A stretch of 64,000 nucleotides of DNA from Malacoraja senta. Lineage: Eukaryota. The stretch is from NCBI GenBank assembly GCA_038087875.1, contig CM075997.1:1180001-1244000 (forward strand). The letters run 5' to 3'. Under the pieces are notes generated by a model that saw only the letters and a list, made by a program, of their open reading frames with translations, was not told where the DNA came from and did not search any database. The first letter of the stretch is position 1; the number at the start of each line of letters is the position of its first letter. A program made the position numbers and the translations under genes. This document shows, one piece after another, positions 1 through 14,400 of this stretch.

Positions 1-80
1 TCAACAAGGATGTGATGAAGCAGGTGATCCCCCCAAACCAGGGATTCGGGACAGGCTACTCAGGATATTTCCGCTTCAAG
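1..80 (+). CDS. calpain exon (partial), [26 protein letters not shown]
   Basis: Matches the calpain 'VVP.NQ.F...YAGIFHFQ' segment; donor GTACGT at 81, phase 0. The catalytic Cys would lie just upstream of the window. Confidence 0.9.
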
Positions 81-3000
81 GTACGTTCTTGTCATTCTAA
101 GACCAAAGCCGATAAGACATAGGAGCATTCGGCCCATTGAATCTGCTCCGCCATTCAATCATGGATGATCTATTTCTCCATCTCAACACCACTGTAGACA
201 ATAGACAATAGGTGCAGGTGTAGGCCATTCGGCCCTTCGAGCCAGCATCACCATTCAATGTGATCATGGCTGATCATCCACAATCAGTACCCCGTTCCTG
301 CCTTCTCCCCATATCCCCTGACTCCGCTATCCTTAAGAGCCCTATCTCGCTCTCTCGTGAAAGTATCCAGAGAATCGGCCTCCACCGCCCTCTGAGGCAG
401 AGAATTCCACAGACTCACAAATCTCTGTGTGAAAAAGTGTTTCCTCGTCTCCGTTCTAAATGGCTTACCCCTTATTCTTAAACTGTGGCCCCTGGTTCTG
501 GACTCCCCCAACATCGGGAACATGTTTCCTGCCTCTAGCGTGTCCAAACCCTTAATAATCTTATATGTTTCAATAAGATTCCCTCTTATCCTTCTTAATT
601 CCAGAGTGTACAAGCCCAGCCACTCCATTCTCTCAGTATATTCTCCTGCCGTCTCCACGTAACCCTTGACGCACTTTCTAATCAAGAACCCATCAATCTC
701 CACTTTAAAAATACCCAATGACTTGGCCTCCACCGCCATCTGTTGCAAAGGATTCCACAGATTCACCACCCTCTAAAGAATTTCCCCCTCAGCTCCATTC
801 TAAAGAGTACATCCTTTTATTCTGAAGTTGTGCCCTCTGGTCCTAGACTCTCCCACTAGTAAAAATGTCCTCTCCACATGTTAATTGTCATCAATGTACC
901 GTTGTCAACACTAAACTTTCTTTCAAAGATAGACACAAAATGCTGGAGTAACTCAGCGGGACAGGCAGTATCTCTGGAGAGAAGGAATGGGTGGCGTTTT
1001 GGGTCGAGACCCTCCTTCAGACTGGGAGTCAGGGGAGAGAGGAAGTGTAACGTGTGAAAACGAGACAAAGAAAATGTAGAACACATCCTTGTTAGCTAGG
1101 AGAAAGTAATAAACAAAGCAAACAGAGATAAAATGAAGGTACACAAAAATGCTGGAGAAACTCAACGGGTGTAGCAGCATCTATGGAGCGAAGGAAATAG
1201 GCAACGTTTCGGGCCGAAACTTTGCCTATTTCCTTCGCTCCATAGATGCTGCTGCACCCGCTGAGTTTCTCCAGCATGTTTGTGTACCTTCGATTTGCCA
1301 GCATCTGCAGTTCCTTCTTAAACACAGAGATAAAATGAAATTGGAGACAGTCAGACTCGTAGAACTGGGAAGGGGGAGGGATGGAGAGAGAGGGAAAGCA
1401 AAGGTTAACTTGAAGTTAGAGAAGTCAATGTTCATACCGCTGGGGTGTAAGCTGCCCAATCGAAATATGAAGTCCTGTTCCTCCAATTTGCGCTGGGCCT
1501 CAATGACAATGGAGGAGGCCCAGGACAGGAAGGGCAGTGTGGGGATAGGAGGGGGAGTTAAAGTGTTTACCAACCAGGTGATCAGGTAGATTGAGGCGGA
1601 CTGATCTTTCACAGGTTCCACATTCTTTTGGGACATTATTTCCTCTACTGCCAGAGGGCTGTAGTTTAGAGAGAGACTGAGAGCGAGAGAACTGTTGTCA
1701 CAGCTTTCCAGGGTACGCTTGAGATCAGATCTGGAATAGCTTGTGCGAGATCCTCTCACTTGTGCAAGGATATACGAGTGGTGGAAGCAGTCCAAATGAG
1801 ATTCAGGCGACAGTTTCCTGGGATTGGAAGGTCGTACTATCTCAAGTGATAAAATAAATTAGATTTATATTCTTTATAATGGAGGAAAATTAGAGCAATT
1901 TCATGATACATCAGATCCTCAAGGGGCAGAACAGAAGTGATGGAGTAGACAAAAATGCTGGAGAAACTCAGCGGGTGAGGCAGCATTTATGGAGCGAAGG
2001 AATAGGTGACATTTCGGGTCGATCTCAGAGCAGCATCTCTGGAGAACAGGACAAGTGATGTTTTGGGTCGGGACGCTTGAGTTACTCCAGCACTTTGTGC
2101 CTTTTTTGGTAAACCAGCATCTGCAGTTGATGTCTGCAGGAGAAGTTAACATGTTTGCACTGTTGAATTGCTTCCCAGGGCAGGAGATGTAGGTTAGTAT
2201 TCCATCCCAGATACAACATGTAGGTTGATGCTGCTGTGTTGCTTGAAGTAGGAATTGTCCTGGGTTGCGACTGGTGTTCTAACACTTTGCTTTGTCTTAT
2301 TGCTTGCCCAAGTTCTGGCAGTACGGGCAGTGGGTGGAGGTGATAGTCGACGATCGGCTGCCCACCGTTGACACCAAGTTGGCCTTTCTCTACAGCAAGG
2401 ACAACAATGAGTTCTGGAGCCCGCTCCTGGAGAAAGCTTATGCCAAGTAAGTGGACGCAATGACCACGGTGCTGCTGAATGCCCACGACACCAGACATAA
2501 ACTACCTTTAATGTGGCTAAAACCAACCCAGGGCTGTTCACATCACACACACACTAAACTTGACATTGAGTCACAAAGGAAGACATTGAGCTGAAAGAGA
2601 ATGGCACCGAAGCCAGACGACTCTCTGTGTGCTGGTCACAGAAGTGATTAGTACGGGTGTCAGGTTGGGGACCCCGGAGGAGAAGAGCTCCGACCGATGG
2701 CCTGCGGCCAACTTCTAACTGCGGGCGCGGCGGGGACTTGCCATCCAGAGCGGGATCCCTCGCCGGGGATCCCTGGAGAGGAGCTTCTGGCTGCGGCGCG
2801 GTGGGGACTTTAGATCTTCGACCGCCGGCCTGTGGGCTACACCAACTTGAAGCCGCGGTCTCCGGTGGGGAAGCACCGATTCAGGACTTACCTGGACTTA
2901 CCTTGTCTGCACATCTGGATGCCCGCAGCGGCGACTGCGGAGGGTTGTGGTCCCGACCACGGGGGAAAATGGAGGAGGACTGGCCAAAATGTTGTGCCTT

Positions 3001-6000
3001 CCACCACAGTGATGAATGCTGTGGTGGATGTTTGTGTTAAACTTTTATTGTGTATTGTGTGTTTTCTTATTGTACCGCTGCTGGCAAATTCATTTCACTT
3101 GCACTCTATGTGCAAGTGATGAATAAAACTTGACTTGACTTGACTTGAGGTTATGGGGAGAAGGCAGGTGAATGGGGTTAGGAGGGAGAGATAGATCAGC
3201 CATGATTGAATGGTGCAGTAGACTTGATGGGCTGAATGGCCTAATTCTACTCCTATCACTTATGATCTTATGACCCAAGTCAAGGGTTCCCAACCTGTTG
3301 TAAATTTACCCCAGGGGGTAAATTTCGCCTACCCAGGAGGTAAATTTGTTGATTGTGGATTTGTAGATATTTTTTCTCATTGACTGACTGTGTTTGGTTC
3401 AGGTATACCGGTATCTGTGCATCATCAGTTGTTCATAAATAAGTGAAATAACATTGTTATGCGCTGTTAAAGTTGCCAGGGGGTAAACGGGACGAACAAG
3501 GTTGGGAACCCCAGAGCTAAGTGGATCTGCAATCACGCATTATTTTCGCTCCACTCTATGAAACCACTACTCCAACAGCACTAGACAGTAATTCCCTTTT
3601 ATCATGTATCTGTACTGTGGACGGCTTGATTGTAATTATGTGTTGTCTATCCACGGACTGGTTAGCACACAACAAAAGCTTTTCACTGTACCTCAATACA
3701 TGTGATAATAATCTAAACTGAACTCACCTTAAGAGAAGTCGTCGGAGAGAGGAGGGAAAGATTTACTGAGGGTGATTGAAGAAGTACTGTACACAAAGGG
3801 AGGATAATAGTCCCAGTTTAGAGTTACAGCACGTAACTCTTTGGCCCACCGAGTCCGCGCCGACCAGCGATCCCTGCACTCTAACACTATCCCACACACA
3901 ACGGACAATTCATCAGACTCTGAAGACGGGTCTCGACCCAAAACGTCACCCATTCCTTCTCTCCGGAGATGCTACCTGTCCCGCTGAGTTACTCCAGCAT
4001 TTTGTGTCTGTCTGTGCTTGTTGCATTACAACGTGCCCCAGCTAACTGAGCCTCTCCTTCCTCTCTCCCCACTGCCCCGCAGGCTGAAGGGCTGCTACGA
4101 GTCCCTGTACATCGGTTTCCCACTGGAGGCGATGGTTGATCTCACGGGGGGAGTGCCAGAGTTGTTTCAGATCGACGAGATGCCCAAGAACCTTTGGAAG
4201 TTCCTGAAGAAACTCTTGGACAAAGGCTCCATCATCTGCTGTGCTAAGCCGGTGACTGCGAACAGCATTTAAGAAATAGTGCGACACGATAGATACGATA
4301 CGATTTATCCCAGGAGGGAAATTAATCTGCCAACAATCAAAAAACACAAAATACATGAAATTAAAGTGACAAGTGGAAAGGAGTGAGGATGTGCAGATTG
4401 GGCAGGGGGGGGGGGGGAGGGAGAGGGGAGTCAGTCTACCCCACGACAAAAGGGGGAGGAGTTGTAAAGTTTGATAGCCACAGGGAAGAAGGATCTCCTG
4501 TGGCGTTCTGTACTGCATCTTATAAAAAGTATAAAGTATAAAAGTATCCTTTATTGTCATTCAGACATTTCAGTCTGAACGAAATTGTGAACCTTGCAGA
4601 ATAAAATAACAAAACACACACTTAACACATTTTAACATCCACCACAGTGAGTCCACCAGGCACCTCCTCACTGTGATGGAAGGCAAAGGTCTTAAAGTCC
4701 TTGTCTCTTCCTTCCTTGTTCTTGGTGGAACTAGTCTGTTGCTGAAAGTACGCCTCGGGTTGACCAGTGTGTGAAGTAAGGATGGAGTAAGAGTGTTTTT
4801 CTATTGGGGGATCCAGTTAAGGCAGAGATAGATAGATTCTCGATTAGTACGGGTGTCGGGGGTTATGGGGGGAAGGCAGGAGAGTGGGGTTCTACCAATG
4901 ACTATCAGACGGCTGATGTTTGAACACTTTGTTCCCTGTGCAGGGTCCCGTGGGAGTATTGAGTGAACAAGGCATCATCTCTGGGCATGCATACTCGGTG
5001 ACAGGTGTTGACCAGGTGAGGCGCTCCTGTTGCATGGACTGCATTTGTGTTAGTTGCAGAGTGACTGCATGGGGGCTCCCTGCATCTTGCACCTGTGTTT
5101 GAACGATCGAGGAGAGACCCTCTCACGTGCAGGAAGAAACCGCAGATGTGGGTTTACACCGAAGATAGACACAAACGGCTGGAGCAACTCAGCGGGACAG
5201 GTAGCATCTCTGGAGAGAAGGAATGGGTGACGTTTCAGGTCGAGTCTGAAGAATGGTCTCGAACTGAAGCGTCACCCATTCCTTCTCTCCAGAGACGCTG
5301 CTTATCCCGCTGAGTTACTCCAGCATTTTGTGTCTATCTTCGGTGTAAACCAGCATCTGCAGTTCCTTCCTATACAAGTAGAAACAGTGGGTGGCCATTC
5401 TGCCCCTCGAACCCTGTCCACCATTCAAGAAGATCCGGGATAATTTTCAGCTCCACGGCACTTTCCTGCATCAATCTCGTATCCCTGAATATACGCACCA
5501 TGTCTGTGTGGGCAAATGTTACCCATGCAGTCTCTGTTAAATATTTCTCCTCTCACTGGAGCAGTACATTGGTGCTGCCTTACAGCGCCAGAGACCCCGG
5601 TTCGGTCCTGACCTCGGGTGCTGTCTTTCTGGAGTTTGCACGTTCTCTCTATGACCACGTGTGTTTCCTCCGGGTGCTCCAGTCTCCACCCACATCCCAA
5701 AGACGTGCGGGTTGGTAGATCAATTGGTTCTCTGTAAATTGCCCCTAATGTGCAGGAAGTGGGTGAGAAAGTAGGGTGACATAGAACTAGTGTGAATGGG
5801 TGATTGATGGTTGGCATGGACTCGGTGGGCCGAAGGGCCTGCTTTCATGCTATATCTCTTAACTACACTAAATGTTAAACCAATGCCCTCCGGTTGTCGA
5901 CTTCCCCCTCCTGGGGATAAGACGGGAGGTCGCTCCTCAGCTCCTTACACTCCAGGGAAATAGGTCCCAGGGTGTCCAGCTTCTCCTCATATCACACTCC

Positions 6001-8382
6001 CTCCGGTCCAGCCAACATTGTACTCTGATCCTGCACTCCTTGCCTGCAATGTGCTGATGTTTGTGACGAGTTTGCGGACTGGTGATTGCTTTTATTTTGC
6101 GGCTTCCCAGGTTCAACAGCGGACAGGCGGTGTGGAGCTGGTGCGGGTCCGAAACCCCTGGGGTAGAGTGGAGTGGAATGGAGCCTGGAGTGACGGGTAA
6201 GGGCAGAGAGGGGGGGGGGGGGGGGGAGAGAGAGAGAGAGAGAGAATCAGAGTGCTAAAGAGAGTGCCCAAAGAGCTAAATCTAACTCTCTTGAATACAT
6301 CAGAGATTGTATCACTATGATGCTGTAAACATTCCGATTGGGCCAGAAACATTCTGTTTGTTCTGTAACATTAGTCAGATTGAGCTTTGAGTAAATCATC
6401 TTGCACTTTTCTCGCCCTGGCCATTCCATCGTCTCCCCTCTCCCATCGGGAAGAAGAAACAAACACTCGAAAGCATGTACCACCAGATTCAGGAGCAGCT
6501 TCTTCCCCGTCTGTTCTCAGACTACCTGAACAATCCTTCCACGACCTAGGGTGCAGTACCGATCTTCCGACCTACCTCCTGTGGACACTGGACTTTTACT
6601 GTGTAACAGTTAAGGGCCTGTCCCACTTAGGCGACTCTTTAGGCGACTGCCAGGGACTAGTTTTAATGGAATTCACCTACGACACCTGGCGACAACCTAC
6701 GATAGCATCAACGCAATCTACGATAGCATCAACGCAATCTACGACAGCAAAAATTGTCGCCACTGTCGCCGAGAATTATTCACCTTGTTGAAAATTTTGC
6801 GGCAGTCGCCTGTAGTCGCCCAAAAAATCGCCTAAGTGGGACAGGCCTATAACGCTACAAATGCTGTAAAACTATATTACACACTCTGGTATTTTTCTTG
6901 AGCGTGGCTTGATGGTACACATGTATAGTATGATTTGACAGGACAGCACGCAAAGCATGGTTTTCTCTGTATCTCGGTAAACGTGGCAATGGCAGATCTT
7001 TGCAATACCAGTATCTTGCTGTTGACGGATCGAGTTTGTTGCTGAATCTTGAGTTGTTCCAACAGTGAGGATTTCGGCATCGTATTAAAGTTATAGTCAT
7101 ACAATGTGGAAACATGTCCTTCGGCCCAACTTACCCACTCCAACCAACATATCCCATCTACACTAGTCCCACCAGCCTGCGTTTGGCCCATATTCCTCCA
7201 AACCTGTCCCAGCCATGCACCTGTCCAAATGTTTCTTAAACGTTGCAATAGTCCCTGCCTCTACCACCTCCTCTGGCAGTTTGTTCCATGCACCCACCGC
7301 CTTTGGTGTGAAAACCCTTTGTATTCTGAATGGAAAGATGTTCTTTGTCCCTTCTGCAGGTCCACAGAGTGGAGCACGGTCTCAGACAAACACCGTCCAC
7401 AGACTGTACACCTGGAAGATGGAGAGTTTTGGTAAGAACCTCTGCTCGCCTCCCACTAACCATCCTCCCTTCTCCAGCCCCACTCCTTACTAGCTCGTCG
7501 CAGACACCACTGAGCTCCGAGATCACTCACTTGGGGATGTGGGGGCAGGTTTGCCAGATCTGATCTGATGGTTGGGGGCACATAGGTTAAACTCACTGTC
7601 GGCCACAAAGTGCTGGAGTAACTCCAGCGGGTCAGGCAACATCTCTGAAGTACATGGATAGGCGATGTTTTGGGTTGGGACCCTTCTTCAGACTGAAGAA
7701 GTTGCCTTCTCTTGAGTCTAAAGAAGGGTCCCGACCCAAAACGTCACCTATCCATGTTCTCCAGAAGTGCTGCCTGACCTGCACTTTGTGCCCTTCTGTG
7801 TAAACCAGATATGATAGTGGCATTCCACAGATTTTTCAATAGACACTTGGATATGGAGGGATGTGGATCATGTGAAAGGCAGACAAGACTTGGTCCTGGT
7901 ATAATGTTCGGCATAGACATTGTGGGCCGAAGGGCCTGTTGCTGTGCTCTACTGTTCTAGACAGACACAAAATGCTGGAGTAACTCAGTGGGACAGGCAG
8001 CATCTCTGGAGGGAAGGAATGGATGACGTTTTGGACCAGACTTCTTCACTCCAATGATGCTGCCTGTCCCACTGTGTTACTCCAGCATTTTGTGTCTATC
8101 TTCAGTGTCTGCATCTGCATCTACTGTTCCTTCCTATTACTGTTCTAGATTCTATGAAAGGTTTGGCGAGCTCATGGTATCCTAACTGCAGCGTTTCAGG
8201 TCGGGACCCATCTTTGTGTGTGTGTGTGTGTGTGGATGAGTGTGTGTGGATGAGTGCGTGTGTGGATGTGTGTGTGTGTGTATATGTGTGTTGTGTGTGT
8301 GTGTGCATACCTGTGTGTGTGTGTATATATGTGTGTGTGTGTATGTGTGTGTTGTGTATGTGTGTGTGTGTGTGTGCATACC

Positions 8383-8413
<31 letters not shown>

Positions 8414-11400
8414 GTCTGTGTACCTGTGTGTATATGTGTCTGTGTATCTGTGTGGTGTGTGTGTGTCTGTGTTGTGAGTGTATGTGTCTGTGTACCTGTG
8501 TGTGTGTGTGTGTGTGTGTGTGTCTGTGTACCTGTGTGTATCTGTGTGGTGTGTGTCTGTGTTGTGAGTGTATGTGTCTGTGTACCTGTGTATGTGTGTG
8601 TGTATATGTGTGTGGTGTGTATGTGTGTTGTGTGTGTGTGTGCATACCTGTGTGTGTGTGTGTATATGTGTCTGTGTATATGTGTCTGTGTATCTGTGTG
8701 GTGTGTGTGTGTGTCTGTGTTGTGAGTGTATGTGTCTGTGTACCTGTGTGTGTGTGTGTGTTTCCCCTCCCTGACCTTGCTCTTTGTGTCTGCTTTCACA
8801 AGGATGTCCGTTGAGGACTTCAAGAGTAACTTTGGCTCTGTGGAGATCTGCCACGTGAGCCTGGAGCAGCTCTCCAATGCCGAGGGGAAGCTGCAGCCCT
8901 GGGTACAGATGGTTTATGAGGGTCGCTGGGTTCGAGGCTTCTCGGCTGGAGGCAACCTACGCCACAAAGGTAGGGCGCGCGCGGATCCTCGGCAGTTAAA
9001 CACAAGGTGGTGCATTAACCCTATCCATTCCCCTCATGACCCTACACAATGTACAGATGAGGGGCTGAATCTGGGCCAACCTGTATCCTTCAAGCTGCTA
9101 AAAATTTCCGTCTTAACTTGGCCACGAAGGCCCGTTGTCCTGGTGGTGGCACTGGATCAGAGTTCTTGGGGTCGGCTTGGCTCGGCCATGCAGTCAATGT
9201 CCATGCGCCCATCCGATCCATGCGCCCAGCCTCTCGGAGATGAGGAAAAACATTTCCGCACAAGGAGTTGTGAATGTGTGGAATTCTCTGCCTCATAAGA
9301 GAGTTAGGTAGAGTTCTTAGGGCTAACGGAATCAAGGGATTTGGGGAGAAGGCAGGAACGGGGGACTGATTGTGGATGATCAGCCATGATCATATTGAAT
9401 GGTGGTGCAGGCCCGAAGGGCCGAATGGCCTACTCCCGCACCTATTGTCTATGTATCTATGTATCTCTTCTGGTTCTGTGCCGCTGCAGGCTGCATCCGA
9501 TCCATGCTCCCAGCCTCTCCGCCCGGCGCCCCATCAGGTTAAGCCCCCGGCCGCTGCAGGGCGCGACAAAGCTTTTCCCTGTACCTCGGTACAGGTGACA
9601 ATAAACGACACTGAACCCCGCGGCCCGTTGCTTGCAGACAAGTACTACTGGATGAACCCGCAGTTTAAACTCACCTTGTTCGAGGAGGACGATGACCCCG
9701 ATGATCCCGCGGTGAGCTGCACCTTCCTGGTGGCCCTGGCGCAGAAGCACAGGCGGAGGATGCAGCTGGCGGGAGCCCGCTTCCTGTTCATCGGCTTTGA
9801 TGTCTTCCAGGTGAGCTCTTCCACGCCACCTCCCCCCTCTCCCCACTTCACCTTCCCCCGCCTCCTCCCCCCTCCCCCCTCCCCCCCCTCTCCCCACACT
9901 CCACCTCTCCCCTCCCCACGCCACCTCCCCCTCCCCCCACACGCCACCTATCCCCCTCCCCACGCCTCTCCCACGCCAACTCCCCCCTCCCACCCACGCC
10001 ACCTCCCTGCTCCCCCCACACGCCACCTAACCTCTCCCACCACTCACCACCTACCCCGCCTCCCCACGCCTTCCCCTTCCCACGCCAACTCCCCCCACGC
10101 CACCTCCCCCCCCCCACGCCACCTCCCCCTCCCCCCATGCCACCTCCGCCCTCCCACCGCACGCCACCTCCCCCCACGCCACCTCCGCCCTCCCACCGCA
10201 CGCCATCTCCCCCTCCTGCCACCTTCCCCCTCTCTGCCTCTGTCCCCTCTGTAGGGAGACCCAGCCAGAGCCTACTTGACGCAAGAGGATCTGCGGGCAG
10301 CAGTGCCGGTGCTGTCCACCAAGGAGCACAAGGACAGCAGTGAAGTCTCCCTGCGCGCCTGCCTCCCCCCGGGTCACTACTTCATCGTCCCGTCCACCGT
10401 CAACCCCAACGAGGAGGGCGAGTTCCTCCTGCGAGTCTTCACCGAGAAGGGGAACCGGGCCGCGTAAGCAAGGGCACCTTCGCCCCAGTACTGGGATGCT
10501 GAGAATCGGTGGTGGGGGGGGGGGGGGGGAGAGGAAAAGGCTCTCGTCTGGGCTTGAGGAGAGGTTGCACAATCTGAAGCTGAGTGGTGAACTTCAGTTG
10601 GACAGGTACACGGATAGGACAGGTTTACAGAGAGATGGGCCAAACGCAGGCAGGTGGGACTAGTGTAGATGGGGCATGTTGGTCGGTATGGGCAAGTGGG
10701 GCCGAAGGGCCTGTTTCCACACGCATGCCTCTTTTGAGGTGTACAAGGTCATGAGGGGCGTAGATAAAGTGAACGCTCACAGTCTTTTCCCCAGGGTAGA
10801 GTAGCAATGTTACAAAATTTTGAGATTTAAAAATTAAAGTCTGCAATTTATCCCATCAGATAAAGCATAGAAAGAAGTTTAATTTGACACCTAATTCACT
10901 TTCATATCTTCAGTATTAAAAAAGTTATGGCCATTTTCATACTCGGAAATTAGCATCTTGTTCCCTATTGCTTTTCCATTGACTTAACACAAAAGCTGTG
11001 ACCGAGGACAGTCAAAAGCCCATAACTTTCTTAAAAATTAAGAGAACTGAAAGAAATTTTCAGTTATTGAAGCATTCTGAAACAAATATGAAACAATCTT
11101 ATTTAGAAGACATGAAATTAAAGCATATAATTAGTTTGTTACCTAATTGTAGCTAATTACAAAATTCAATTACTAGATAAACATCTATCAATTTCTTAAG
11201 AATAGATTAACATTTTTAAATAGCCTGTGTCCAAATAACATTCACACAAGAATTCACAATATAACATAATTTTTTTATCTCATTGTCATGGATTTACAGG
11301 CCAAATGGAAGGAATTGAATGTTTAATACCTGTAAATTAATGGGCATTTAAATCATTTTGCGAGTGAGGATTTCTGGAATGCAATCATTTGGAACGTTCA

Positions 11401-14400
11401 TTTGTGGTGAATTTAACGCCGTATCGGCATGAAAAATTCAGCCGTTAATTCGGGGAATAAAATCACCGTTTCGCATGAAAAAATGTGAATTAAAGGCTTC
11501 CACTTTTATACATTAAAATAAACCACTTTCATTTACCTGTCCCGTACGTGAAATCCGTTCCCGTTGTCGGCGTTGACGGCTTCAGAAGCTGATTTTAAAA
11601 TGACTCCAGCGCTGACATTGTCGATTTAATAAAAATAAAAAATACTCAAAACGCCCCTAGGAACGATTTTTCAGCAAACGCTTGTACTCCAACGAAATAT
11701 AATAGACAAGGTAGGAGAAACCCGCGTTTTAACCCCGCCCCCCCCTTAAAGGCGCCAAAATCGCGCACACGGCCAGTGGCAGAATTGCAGCGCCGCTGAG
11801 GGTAAGTATTGTAACATACCTAGGTAGAGCATTCTAAAACTAGAGGGCGTAGACTTATGGTGAAGGGAGAGATTTAATGGAGACCTCAGGAGCATTCGGA
11901 GGGCAGGCCGTATTTGGAATGAGCTGTAGAAGCAGATTTAAAAGACATTTGGACAGATATATGGATAGGAAGGGTTTGGAGGGCTGTGGGTCAATGATTT
12001 CAAGGGGCAAATTCAGGCAAATGGGGAGAGACTACTAAGCCAGCTTGGTGGGTATGCTGGAGAAACTCAGCACACGCACACGCAGCAGCGACTTCAACTC
12101 TGACCCATCAGTCAACAAAACATGCACGAGCGTTTCACAAATCAGTATGAAGGTATTAACTTGATCGTTCTGTCTTGTAGACCGGTGGAGAGGAATATGC
12201 CGGCAACCGACAGCTCACAGGCAAGTGGGGAGATGGATGTTTGTTTATTTGTGTGCGTGTGCGTGTATGCGCGTGTAGATGTGTGTGTGCACGTACACGG
12301 TGTGTATGCATGTGCATGTGTGTGCATATTTGCACATGCGGATGTATATGTGTGTGCATTTACGTGTGTGTGTGCGCATTTACGTGTGTGTGAATGTGTG
12401 TGTATGTGTGCATGTGCGTTTATGTGTGTGTGCATGTGCGTTTATGTGTGTGTGTGTGTGTGTGCAGTCAGTGCCCAGCTCTGCTTCTCTTTCTGAAGGT
12501 TTATAGGGTTGTAGGGTGGTGCAGCACAGAAACAAGCCCCAGGCCCACCGAGTCCATACCCACCATCAAGCACCGGTTTACGCAGACCCTACAACAGGGG
12601 TGGTGAGCTGCCTCCTGGGGCTGCTGTAAAGCCAGTAATGATCACCGTCAGTTAACAGCAGCAGATCAGATGTTTCCTGCAGTCTGCTCCTTGTTTTAAG
12701 AAAATCTTGACTCATCCATATCCACTCTCCCGCCCGATCCCTTTATCCCTTGGTTCCCTTAGTGTTTAGTTTAGTTTAGTTTAGAGATACAGCGCAGAAA
12801 CAGGCCCTTCGGCCCACCGGGTCCACGCCAACCAGCGATCCCCGCACATTAACACTGTCCTACACCCACTATTTTTACAATTTATACCAAGCCAATTAAC
12901 TTGCAAACCTGTACGTCTTTGGAGTGTGGGAGCAAACTAAAGATCTCGGAGAAAACTCATGCGGTCACGGGGAGAACGTACAAACTCTGTACAGACAGCA
13001 CCCGTAGTTGGGATCGAACCCGGGTCGCCGGCGCTGCATTCGCTGGAAAGCAGCAACTCTACCCCGGCGCCACCCTGACCCTGTAATCCCACTGATGGAC
13101 CATCTACAGGCCTGCAATGTTGAGAGTCCCAGAGATTCCCCATCCTAGTCTTCGTCCCTAATGCTTGTTGAGTTCCCCCTCTAACCCCCCACCCATCTGT
13201 AGATCACCTGTATCCACCTATCACTTGCCACTCCCACCTCTCCTTTCCAGCTTTATCAAGTCCAGTCAAGTTTATTCGTCACGTACACATACGAGATGTG
13301 CAGTGAAATGAAAAGTGGCAATGCTCGCGAATTGTGCAAAAAACACAAAAACAAACAAACTACAAACAGAATGGAACAGAATCACATATTCACACATTAC
13401 ATATTGTGGGAGGAAATAAAAAGGAAAAAAGCAGCAATTTAAAAAAAACAGTAGAATGGTACAGTAAAGTTAGTCCCTGGAGAGATAGGTTTACAGTCCT
13501 GATGGCCTCTGGGAAGAAACTCCTTCTCAACCTCTCCGTTATCACAGCATGGCAATGGAGCTGTGAGATTGGAATAGGGTATTCCCCCTATTCCAATCAC
13601 TGAAGAAGAGTCCGACTCAAAACGTTGTGTCTGTTTCCCTCCACAGATGCTGCCTGACCCAGAGTTCAAACAAGTTTTGTGTGTTCAAGATTTGCAGCAT
13701 TTTTTCCATTCTTACTATGTGATCAGATTTATATCTTATTCTTATAGATCTTGGTTTATTACTGTCACGTGTACCGAGATACAGTGACAAACATTTGTTT
13801 GCTTCTCTCCAGTCAAATCACATAATATATGAGTACAATCAAGTCGTACACAAGTGCAACAGGGAGCGTAAAGAAAATATACCAAGAATTTTATTGTCTC
13901 ATGTCTCAGATTGAACAATGAAGAATGCCAGATTACCAGAGTGCAGAGTATAGTTTTAAGGCATTAGAGCACTACAGTTACAGAGAAAAAGTGCAAGGTC
14001 TGATAATGAGGTAGGTTGGAAGATCGGGACGACACCCTAGCTTATGGAAGGACTGTTCAGTAGTCTGATAGTTCAGTAGTCGGGGCAGAAGCTGTTCATG
14101 AATCTGGTGGCGTGTGCTTTCAGGTTTGTGTATCTTCTGTCTGACGGGAGAGGGGAGAAGGGGGAATGACCGAGGTGAAAACATTGATCATCTTCAATCC
14201 TTTATCTCCAGCTTGTGCCTGACCTCGCCTATTGTCCACTCCCCTCTGCTGAAGATTCCAGGGACCTGTTTGACAAGTATTGTGGGCCGGTGAGTTTGCG
14301 TTCATTTGATCCTCTCATTCCCTCCTGCTCTCTTGCGGGCCTGCTGCCTTCTACTCCTGCGGACATGTCGATGGGCTGGCGACCTTTGGAATGGAGGAAA

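Noticed and set aside
8102..8877. Long His/Thr- and Cys/Val-rich ORFs on both strands
   Set aside because: Translations of the (TG)n repeat; only 8803-8969 is a real exon
9811..10254. Pro-rich extension of ORF 9370-10254 and Gly-rich antisense ORFs
   Set aside because: Read-through into a C-rich intronic minisatellite; bounded by GT/AG
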